A stretch of DNA of 64,000 nucleotides from Candidatus Deianiraeaceae bacterium (GTDB lineage: Bacteria > Pseudomonadota > Alphaproteobacteria > Rickettsiales > Deianiraeaceae): NCBI GenBank assembly GCA_031537795.1, contig JAVKNF010000012.1:2620-66619 (forward strand), given 5' to 3'. Below the pieces are notes generated by a model, which worked only from the letters and a program-made list of their open reading frames with translations, made no database searches and was not told where the DNA came from. Shown here piece after piece: positions 1 to 11,100 of the stretch (position 1 is its first letter; every line of letters starts with the position of its first letter). Both the position numbers and the translations under genes were made by a program.

Positions 1-1316
1 TTCCTCTTGATTTAACAGAAGATTTTGCAAGAGTTAATAAAATCAAGATTGATATAAAGAAATTTAAAGAATTAATGGAAAATCAGAAAAATCTTGGAAA
101 AGCTAATCAAAAAATTATAAAAAATGATATAACAGCAGACTTTACAAATCATTTAAAAGAAAATTTTAAACCTAATGAAAAACTTTATTATGATAATCTG
201 ACTCAAAATAATGCTTCCCTGATTGGCATTTTTGATTTAAACTTTAAACAAAAAATTTATGTGAAAAATGAAGAATGTTATATTTTATTAGATAAGACCT
301 GTATTTACCCAGAGGGAGGTGGTCAAGTTTGCGATGAAGGTTTTATTTTTTTTAGAGAAAAAAATGAAAGCTGTAAAATTCTTCACACAATAAAGGTTGG
401 AGAATTTATTCTGCATAAGATTTTAATAATAAACGAGATTAAAATAAAATGCCAAGTCGAAGTTCAATCTTTAAGAAAGAATGTGTCTGCAAATCATACG
501 GCAACTCATATTTTACAAGCTGCTTTAATTAAAATTCTAGGAAAAGAAGTTCAACAAAAAGGCTCAAGCGTAAATGAAAGCGGTTTAAGATTTGATTTTT
601 CATACTCTGGGCAAATCTCAGAAATAAAAAAATTAGAAATTGAAAATAAAATCTGTGAGATTATTAAAGATTCTTTACCAGTCTATATTGAAGAAAAAAA
701 TATAGAAGACGCAAAAAAAACTGGAGCTCTCGCCTTTTTTGACGAAAAATATGGAGATAAAGTCCGAGTAATTTCAATCTTAAATAATAATCTAAACTTT
801 AAATCAATTGAGTTGTGTGGCGGAACACATATCAAAAATACCAAACAAATTGGTGATTTCTATATTTCAAAATGCTCTTCAATTGGATCAGGAGTTATTA
901 GAATTGAAGCTGTGACAGGTGAAATTGCCACGATTCAAAAAAATGAAACTCTAAAATTAAACAAGGAACTTGAAGAAATGAAAAAAGAAAATTTACATAA
1001 CAATAAAAAAATAACAGAGCTGGAATGCGAATTAGGAAAAACAAAAATTGAAGGAATAGCAAATAATGAATTTCAATTGAAAGTTGTGAATTATTCTAGA
1101 GATTCCCTATTAAAAATTGCTAACAATTTTAAAAATGAAAGAAACGGAATTTTAAAGATTTTCAATAAAGATACAACCACAAATAAAACATTTGTGATTT
1201 TTGCAAAATCTAAAAATAACACAGAATATGATTGCAAAAAAGAATTATTAGAATTTCTAAAAGACAAAAACGGAAACGGAGGTGGAAATAATGAAATGGC
1301 TCAAGGAAGTTTTTAA
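1..1316 (+). CDS. alaS: alanine--tRNA ligase, C-terminal part (5' end lies outside the window)
   Basis: The frame is open from the window edge (PLDLTEDFARVNKIKID..). Editing-domain motifs NHTATHILQAAL and ELCGGTH are present, followed by a C-terminal oligomerisation/DHHA1-like tail. Confidence 0.85.
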   Translation, partial: PLDLTEDFARVNKIKIDIKKFKELMENQKNLGKANQKIIKNDITADFTNHLKENFKPNEKLYYDNLTQNNASLIGIFDLNFKQKIYVKNEECYILLDKTCIYPEGGGQVCDEGFIFFREKNESCKILHTIKVGEFILHKILIINEIKIKCQVEVQSLRKNVSANHTATHILQAALIKILGKEVQQKGSSVNESGLRFDFSYSGQISEIKKLEIENKICEIIKDSLPVYIEEKNIEDAKKTGALAFFDEKYGDKVRVISILNNNLNFKSIELCGGTHIKNTKQIGDFYISKCSSIGSGVIRIEAVTGEIATIQKNETLKLNKELEEMKKENLHNNKKITELECELGKTKIEGIANNEFQLKVVNYSRDSLLKIANNFKNERNGILKIFNKDTTTNKTFVIFAKSKNNTEYDCKKELLEFLKDKNGNGGGNNEMAQGSF

Positions 1317-2175
1317 TATAAAGAATTACAGCTTAAAAATACTTTATATTTTTGGAGTATTTTGCGGTGTGTTTGGGACTGTTCTAATAAAATACCTAGG
1401 AATTTCAAAATTACTAACTGTTAACGAGATAATATTTTTCAGGGCTTTATTAGGTTTTCTTATTATTCTTCCTTTTTGTTATAAGGAGATCTTTATAATA
1501 AATTTTAGAAATAAATTTAATAAAAAATCTTTATTTTTCTTTTTTATCTTGCAAATTTTTTCAATCTGTAGCACTTATTCTTGGCATTATGCAATACAGT
1601 TAATTCCTGTAAATAATGCAATTTTAATATCATATCTTGGGCCTATTTTTACATCTTTATTAGCATATTTATTTTTCAAAGAAAGCATAAAATTCAATAA
1701 AATAATTCTTTTATTTTTAAACATAATTTTAATCTCTTTAATTTATAAATTTCAAAAAGATAATTTTAAAATAGCCTATATATTTATTATGTTTGATGTA
1801 TTTTTATTTTACGGAATGATAGCTATTTGTAGTAAAAAATTAAAAGAATTTTCTACAAATTTTTTAATTCTCTCTAGATTCTTTTTTTTAATCCCATTTT
1901 CTCTTCTATTTTTAAAAAAATTATCAACTCCAACAATTAAAAACTTTACTCTAATAACAATTTTAACTATAACTGCTACAATTCAAAGATTTTTATTTAC
2001 ATATACTTATCAGAAATCTGGAATATCATCATTTCAACATTTTAAATATTTCAGTGTAGTGTTTTCAATAATTTTAAGCTATATTTTTCTTTCCGAAGGT
2101 CAAAATATCAAAACAATTATTAGTGTTTTTTTCTTGTTATCTGTAAATTATCTTTATGAAAAATATTCTAAATAG
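1282..2175 (+). CDS. DMT/EamA-family membrane permease (substrate unknown)
   Basis: A 297-aa protein that is almost entirely hydrophobic helices (about 10), matching EamA size and topology. It ends in TAG. No specific motif was recognised. Confidence 0.55.
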   Translation: MEIMKWLKEVFNIKNYSLKILYIFGVFCGVFGTVLIKYLGISKLLTVNEIIFFRALLGFLIILPFCYKEIFIINFRNKFNKKSLFFFFILQIFSICSTYSWHYAIQLIPVNNAILISYLGPIFTSLLAYLFFKESIKFNKIILLFLNIILISLIYKFQKDNFKIAYIFIMFDVFLFYGMIAICSKKLKEFSTNFLILSRFFFLIPFSLLFLKKLSTPTIKNFTLITILTITATIQRFLFTYTYQKSGISSFQHFKYFSVVFSIILSYIFLSEGQNIKTIISVFFLLSVNYLYEKYSK

Positions 2176-5100
2176 AAGAAATATGAGGAATTTTATTAAG
2201 ATTAATTAAATTAATTTTAGCTGTACTTGAATTACTGGAATTAATTAAATCTGTACTCGAATTTACTAAATTATTATTAAAAATATTAGAATTCGAAATA
2301 AAAATAGCTGCCACTGAAAACAAAATCAAAACCGCTATTAAGATTACAAGAGAATCATTATCTTTTTCTTTCGTGAGGTCTGCATCTTGAGGTTCGGAAG
2401 CGGTATTTAATATTTGAAAACTATTCTCATTTGGCTGTATATAATTATTTCTAAACTTTTTAATAGGTTTAAAAATATAACTCTCGGAAGCTTTTATTTC
2501 CTCTTTTCGACCTCGAAAAAATATCTTTTTTTCATTTTCTTCATTTTTAAATCTATCTTTTGAGAAATCGTAAATATCTTGCTTATCTTTTTCAAAAGAA
2601 TCAGGACTGAAAGTAAAAGATCTTTGCCCTTCTTTTATAGGAATATTTTTATTTTTGTTGTTGATTTTTTCTTTAGTTTTCTTCTTAATTTCTCCTTGTA
2701 TTTTTTTATATTCCTCAAAAACATCCATAATTGAAGATAATTGCTCTGTTTTGATTTTTTTAGCAATTTTTTCTTTTCCTATTAAATCTAACACATTTTC
2801 AATTTTTAGATCTTGGTCTTTCAATAAATCTTTAGTCTTCTCTTCAATTCCTCCGTCATCTTTTAAATCTTCTGTTATAGGAGACAATATAGAAGCTAAA
2901 TCTGCTCTTAATTTTGAAGTTTTAAGATCTAAAATAGAAGAATTTTTAGGGTTAGGAAATACTGATTTGTTAACAGGAGGATTAGCGTGTTCTTCTTTCT
3001 TAAATTCTTCAGCTAATTTACCAGCTTTAGATATTAAGATTTCTTTCTTAATATCTTCTGGGTTTTTATTCTTCTCTTTAATATCTCTTATCACGAACCC
3101 TATATAAATTTTATTGTTATTTTCATATTTATCTCTAAAATTTTTATCTGCAATAAAAGATACCGTGTTTCTCTCTGCTTGATAATTCAATCTTTGAGCT
3201 CCATCATTCTGTAAATTTCTTACAATTATATCAAATAATTCTTTAGACGTATCATGTTCAGATTCTAATTTAATTTCAAATTTATTAAAACTAATATGAC
3301 AAAATGATATTCCGTAGCTTTTCAAATTTTCTATCATTCTTTCAGAAGGAAAATTTATTTTTATTTTCTCTTTTTTGTTTTTTAGATCCTGCAGATTGAC
3401 CACACCTTCTGACGTAATTCTTTTTGGTGCATTTCTAGTTTCTTGATTCTGTTGATCTGCCAGATCTTCTATTTCCGCTTCTTTATAGAATTTCTTAAGC
3501 CCTATTTTAGAATAGGTATAGACTCTTTCTTTAAGATCGTAATATTCTTTAAATTTATCTTTATCTTTGAATTCTAAATCAAGAACATTTTGTTCTCCGT
3601 TAGAAGCACTCTTGATGATATGTTCTATGTTTAAAATTCTCTTCTCTTTCCCTGACAACTTCTCCCATTCATAAAGACTAGAATCAGCATCATCTTGATA
3701 ATCTTTGCTAGCTAAAGAAGATTTTAAAGATGATATATTAATATATTGCTCTGTAGATGGAATTAATCTCGAGTCTCCTTCGTTTAAATGTATTTTTGCT
3801 TCAACGTTAACATTTCCATTCTTTACGGTTTTACTAAATGTTACAGGGAATCTATACTTTACAGTTTGCTCTACCTGAATTTGAGTATCTACATAATCTT
3901 TATTTTTTATACAAAAATTTTCTCTCTCTTGTAAATTACTAAATGTTATTATTTTCCGACTATCTCCATTTCTAAAATTCCTTACATTAAAATGAGAAAC
4001 ATCTAAAACACCAGAATATAAAACCTCAAGAGGGTTCAGATAATCTGCATAAACTTTAAATTCCTTATATCCTCTATTATCAGGGTCTGGTGTTTCTTCC
4101 TTCCAACTATTTGTTTCCAAGATACCAGTTAAAATAAAAAGATTTTCTTCTGATTTATATTTTTCTTTTTCTCTATTTTCTAAATTCTCAATATAAATTT
4201 CTTTATAACCTAAAACAGAACCTCCATCAACTGAACTTACTTTATTATTTAAGACAATCGAAATAGGCTTCTCGGTCAAAGATTCCAAGACTGATTCAAA
4301 GTCTACAACATTTCTATCTGAATCAATCGTACTTGTTGTTGATTTATCTTCTGGGTTTTCTTGTTTTGATTTATAATTTTCTTCAACTCTTGATCTGATA
4401 TCTTCTATATCTTTGATGTATTTTTCTTTCAGGCAAGCTTCATTTACTAATAATTGAGGAAGAATCCTATTACATAACGCAACATGTAAAAGATTTAAAT
4501 CTTCTGGGTTTTCAGTAAAAAGTATATCTTTATAATCTTGTTGAAATTGCGAGAAGATTATTTTTGAATTTTCTATTAAAGAGCTTTCATTTTCCGCATC
4601 AAATTTTTTATTATTGTTTATCACCTCTTTTAATAAAATTAAATAATATAAAGTTAATTTGTCAAAAATTCTTGATTTCTTTCTTTTTTCTCTAGCGGTT
4701 TCAACTGTTTTTTTGCTATTTTTTTCATAGCATTCTTTTATAGCTTCGAAAGCATTTTTAGATCTATAGTTATCACTTTTATTATCTTTTAACAATGTAT
4801 ATGTATCTCCTTTTGCACCTCTTCTACCAGATCTACCTAGTACTTGAATATATTCTCTCCAAGTAATATCTTTTGCACAATTTATTATCATCAAACCATC
4901 TTTATGTCTAGGCTTCCAATCTGTTCCCCTTCCAACTAAACCAGTACCTATAACTATAGAGTTATTTTTCATTACTTCTTCTATTTTTCCCTCTCTTTCT
5001 TTATCTGTTTCTTTTCCTGTTATTTCTATAACACTGCCTCCAATCAATTTTTTAATTTCTTTTAAATGATTAATATTGTCAACAATTATCAAAACTGGTT

Positions 5101-8100
5101 GAAGTTTTCCATTATCGTTTCTTCTTTGTTCTTTTAAAATGTGTTTTAAATTTTTTTCAAAATCTTCATCACTTTCAGCAAAATAAGGACATATATCTTC
5201 TCTTTGAAAAGGTTGAGAAATTGGAATCTGAATTGTATCTATATTACTAAACTTTAATTCTGCTTCAGTTCCTAAAGTCCCTGAAATTCCCATACAGGAA
5301 TTTGAATACTCTAACAATTGAGCTATAGAACCCTTTGTATAAGTATTTGTTTGTTTTTCTTGTATAAAAATTTCATTTTTCTCTCGTTCTAAATGTTTTG
5401 TTAAAGTTTGATGAACATAATCTCCCCATTTCCCTGAAACCAATTCACCTGTAGATTTTGATATAATTTTTACAATTTTTCTTTTTACTTCAAAACCATT
5501 TTCAAAAGAATTCGCTTCAATAATTGCATAATCTTTATCTTCTATTAAATGTTTTATTTTATCTCTTGCTTTAAGCATTCTTGTTATTTGCTCTTCTGCT
5601 TTCTCTTCATTACCAAATATTTTAGTCAGGCCTGCGTATAAATCTTTCGGAATTAATTCTATCAATTGCTTTGAATCTTTAATATTTTCTGTTCCTGTAG
5701 TTGATTTGATTTTATCTATATAATAAATAATATCTGATATTAATTTGTCTGCATTGCTTTCATTTTCGCAAGTTGCTTGCCATACAGTGCCTGCAAAATC
5801 TATAGATGTATCGACTTCGTCTAATAAAGTGAACATCTTATCTCTCTTTGCAATATTTCTTCTTTCTAATTCACATTCCTCAAATCTTTTATCTTCTAAT
5901 AGAAAAAATATATCTGAAGGAATTCCATAAAATATACAGGGTTTTTTATTTAGAAGTTCTTTTGTTTTGGTTAAATTACCGGAGCCTACAACAGAGGTAT
6001 TTTCTATTCCTATAAAGTTATAAAATTCTTTGCTTTCTCGTAATCCTGCTCTTGCCAAGTCTGAAGTTGAAGATGTTAAAAAAGTTGTATTCTGTGTTAA
6101 AGCTTTAAATGCAGCTGTTATACCTCCTATTACTGTTTTGCCCTGCCCTGTTGATATCTCTAGATTTACTTTTGTGGTTTCTTCCTCTGTTCCTAAAATT
6201 ATAGAGCTAATTTGCATTAAATCTGGGTATATTTTACCTGAAACTCTATAATAGCTTTCAAATAATAAGGCATATAATTCAGTTTTAGCTCCAGCTTTTG
6301 TATAAGCGTTTCCACCTGAAGAAGAAAGAACTGTAGAGCAATGTTTTATTTTTTTCTGAATCTCAACATCTGTTAAATTGTATACTTCTTCGGCTATTGC
6401 ATTTATAGAGTAGATTCTATTTTTCAAACTCTCAACTAAATTAGGGTCTTTTTTGCCATATAATTTTTTTAATAAATCAACAAACCCTATTTGATGCAAG
6501 GAATTGTCTTTTTTAAAATTTCTTTTGCCGTTTTTATTTCTCTGCCATCTTCTAGTCAAACTTTCTAGTTCAATATTTACTCTCTCTCTTTCTTTTTGAT
6601 ATTCTATTTTATTGGTTTTATATCTTTCTACTTTATCTTTCATTTTTTGAGAGAAAAAATATTCATTATTATCTAAAAGATTCTTTAAAAAACTATCAAA
6701 TACTTCTTTGCCTAAAGCTTTCGTTTTGAAAAACTCTTCAATTGTATACCCGATAAAATGATTGCTTCTTGAGCCTATAAATTCTTTAAAAGTTTTCTTT
6801 TTATTGTCAGACGGATCTAATACAAGAAGATCACCAATGTATTGACTCTTTATATTATTATAAATTGCACTATATCTTGTAATATCAGATAAAACATAAG
6901 TAAGATTTTCCGTTGCAACCAATTCTAGTTGATCTTCCCTAACAGGGCATATTGGTCTTATTAAAAATGTAATTTTATCATATATTGAATTAAAAAAATC
7001 TCTTTTTTTGCTATCACTTTTTAGAGATTCTATTATTGTCTGCTTTAAATCAGGTGTATAACCTGAATAATTAAGTACTGTTTTTATTTTTTCAAGTAAT
7101 TCTTTACCTGATTCGATATCTCCAATCTCTTCAGATTTTAAGAATCCAATTAATATATCTTTATACTGTAAATATTCTTCTGTAAATAATTTATAGAAAA
7201 ACCCTAAATTTTGCTCACTATAGATTCTTTCTAAATCATCTTTATTTAATTTTTTTGCTTCCGAATTAATAAGTTCTATAAGTTGGATGTAAGTCTTAAT
7301 AGATATTTCTTTAGTATCTGGATTATTACACGATACGAGCAATGCAGAAAGTGCATTAAATTTTTGACCTTCTACAAATAAAGCAAGATGTTCTTTAAAA
7401 ATTAATGGGTTATATTTTATTTTTCTACTTCTTAATTTAGATTCAATAGTCTCAATAATCTTAATATGCTTTTGAATTTCATTTATATTGTTGCCTTTTA
7501 GAATTACTCTTTTTTGTTCAAAAGTTAAATATTTTGAATTGTAAATTATAAGATCTGCATCTTTTTCTTTAGTTGAAATCAGTAAATTATAATCAAAAAA
7601 TAGAGGTTTTACAGCTCTATTTTTTTCATAAAGTGTATTAATGTATTTTAAATTATCTTCTTTTGTTGCTTCTTTTAAACTATTAACAATTTCAATTACT
7701 CTGTTTGGTTCATTTTTATATATATTAAAAGATAAAGCTAATTTATTTAAGATGAAATCATTTGATGCTTGATTATTAGAAGAATAAACTAGATCACGAA
7801 TTTCTTCTAATTTGCATTTTTCAGAATGAGATAAAACTTTACCTCTTAATTCAAATGTTCTTATAAATACTAGGTTAAAAAGATCTTTTTTAATTTTATC
7901 ATCTTGATTTCCACTATATACAATAAAGATTCCTGTAGATAAGCTATGTATTTTGAAATCTGGATAATGCATTAATATATTTCTTATGCTTTCTCCTTCG
8001 TTGAAGAAATATGCTCCATTTTCACCTGATATTTCGATGCAATTTTGGCTGAAATTAAACTCTCTAATATTTTCTGGAATATCTGAATCACTTTTCAACT

Positions 8101-11100
8101 TATATTTAAATATATCTTTAGGAATATCTTTCAACTCAGGATTCGAAAGTGAGAATGTACAAGCTACAATTCTTTTCTCTATTTCAGTGTATTTTTTATT
8201 TTTGTTATTTATTAAATTTTTGATATATTCTATTTTATCTAATATGTTAACATTTTTATTATTTTTTTTATTATTTAAAACTCTTAAATTATGAAATATT
8301 ATCTTCCAAGGAAGCCATTCGTGATTTGTTACTGAGCTTTCCCTAAAGATATCATTAATAACATCAAGGAATCTTTTATTATCTCTTATTAGAATTAAAA
8401 TATTCAACAAATCATCAAAAGGCGGGTTCAGAAAATGTAATTTATTTAGCAATTCTTTTACAGCTTCAGTATTAATATCTCTTTTTCTTATTTTCCTTAT
8501 TTCTTCTAATACAAAGTTCTCATCTTTTATTACAGGGAACTCAATTAATAATTTTAATAAATCTATTGAAACATCCTCATCTTTTTCTAGAACTTTACAA
8601 ATCTTCAAGCCTGTCTCCAAGCTCATTTTTATTCTCGGCTCCCCAGTAATAGTTTTTGTGGCTAAATGTCTTAAAAATAAAGCTTGCAACTCCTCAAAAG
8701 AGGCAACTTTATTTCTTGGGTTTGTACTTGATATTGAATCTTGCAATGTTTTTAAACTAACTTTATATGTAAATTCTCCTTTTTCTTCGAGCCTTCTTCT
8801 GTCTTTAAATAACATTTCAGGATAGATGGAATCAAATTTATCATATTTCATTGCATAATACAATGAATTATCTGAACTCAAATCTATAGAGCCATTCAAA
8901 CAATTATCTAAAAATTCCTGATCTTTCATTATATCTTTAGTTTTACGTCTTTTTTTCATTAAATCCAGAATATCTAAAATTCTAAACAAGAAAGATTCTG
9001 GGTTTTTGATATCTTCTGAAATGTTAATTGTACCTAACACTAAACCTCTTTTTTTTATTTCATTAATGAAGGATGCAAAAGATCTAAATAATGCAAAATC
9101 ATTAGATTTTTTAAGTAATGCTTTATACAATTCAGCGTTGTTACCAGTTATATCTATCATTCCATAAAGCTCATTAACATAACCTTCTGCAATAGTATCT
9201 TTTATTGTGTATATATCTCTCGTTATCAATCTTAAATTTTGATTCCCAAGGTATAATTTATTACTTAGATTTTCAGGAATCTTTTTAATTTTTTCAATCT
9301 TTTTAACTTGAAAATCCTTAACTTTACATCTCCTTCTAAAGGTTGGTCTTAAATTATATCTTTGATTGATTGAAACCTTTCTTGCGTCATAATCTAGAAT
9401 TAATTTTTCACCACTTTTTACAAAATAAAAACCCTGTGGCAATGCATTTTTACAAATATTACCACTGAAGGAACCTTTCTCTCTGTGTGTTAATAAAATT
9501 GATAAAGCTTTTTTTGTTATAGAAGTAATCTTTTTTTGAAAAATAAATCCTTCTTCTTCTTCTGTATGACCTACGATATCATCGTAAAACTCTTTCAAAG
9601 AAACATCAGAGTGTCCTGATCTGTCCAATTTATCTCTTAATTTTTGAGAAATTTGCAATTTTGTTTTAATATTTTTATCATTATAAACATTATTTATTGT
9701 ATTTCTCGTTACAAGATCTTCAGATTTAATTCCGCTACTTGATTCCTCTTCTTCTTCTTCTTCCTCTTCTTCTTCTTCTTCCTCTTCTTCTTGATTACAT
9801 TCCATTTCTAAATTCGGAATAATATTTTTGTGTATTTTGGAAAACTGCTCCTTTTGTTTAATTTTTTCTTGAGTTATCTTTTTTAATTCTTGCTCTGTTT
9901 CATCTGCCTCTAATTCAATTTTTTTATAATTTATATTGCTTGTTATTTCTTCTTGCTCTGGAATATTATATGGAAGTTCTTGAGATTTCCCAAAAATATC
10001 AATTTTCACACTAAGTGGCAATTTAAGATTATCAATTAAAGTTTTAATGCCATTTATTTTTTCTTCAGAAAGCCCTGGGGTGTTAATTTTCAAAACAACT
10101 CTTTGAAACCCTAGTTCTGTTAAAGATTTTAACATAGAGCTTACTTTTAGTTTTTCTTTGTTATTAAATTCTCTTGATATATCCTCGTATTCAATTATTA
10201 ATTCATTTATCGGTATCTTATTCTTTGTTATTTTGTTTTCTTTTTGTTTTTTTACAATATACTCTAGTTGTCTTTCTAATCCACTTTCCTTGTTTGGCCT
10301 TATAGTTAAACTATCTATATGTGAAGCCTGATTTTCTATTGCAGCTTCAAGAAAATATCTTATTCCGAGTGAATCTCTCGGTATTTTTAAATATATATCC
10401 TTTTTTCCTTCATCTGAAATATTTAAAGAAGCATTTCTGTATTCTATATCAAAAAGCCCGTAGAATAAATCTTTAAAATTAGTATAATCTTTTCCTGTTT
10501 CTCTTTCTTGAACCGCTTTCACGGTTTGAGCAATTGATTTATATCTTGATGTGGAGCATTTTTCTAAAAATAAATCTTTATATTTAATAACAAAATTACA
10601 AAGCATCTCCTCTAATTCTGGCTCTAAAGTTTCAGGTAACATTAAATTAATTTCATGTTTCTTTTCAGTAAATCTATAGAATTTAGTATAGATGATATTA
10701 TTTTTTTCTTTGTGTATAACATTAATATTTACTATATCTTCAGTATTTATGATATACTCCAGCATTGATATTTTAATAGATAATATATCTTTTTGATTTG
10801 AAAATCCTGTAGTATCAAACCCAGATAAAGCGCCAAAAGTAGATTTATATCTTTTTTCTTCATACAATAAACCGTTCAAATGTTTAATTAAATTTCTCTC
10901 TGGGTGATATTTTTCTTTGTTCGATATAGGAAATATAAAATCTGACAGAGTAACCGCAGAAAAAGGCATTTTTATTGCATTTCTTATTTCATTTTCTTTC
11001 TGGTTAATATCTAACATCTCTAAAAAGGGATAATCTTTAATAAGAGTTTCAAATTCATCATCATTTAATTCTTGACTCTTGAAAGATTCTAAATTCGTTC

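Noticed and set aside
2655-8294. Plus-strand ORFs 2655-3107, 5745-5930, 6030-6251 and 7986-8294 inside the giant gene
   Set aside because: They are antisense to a 3124-codon ORF with recognisable motifs. Their translations are low-complexity Ser/Phe/Leu-rich mirrors of Lys/Glu-rich coding sequence. No independent support exists.
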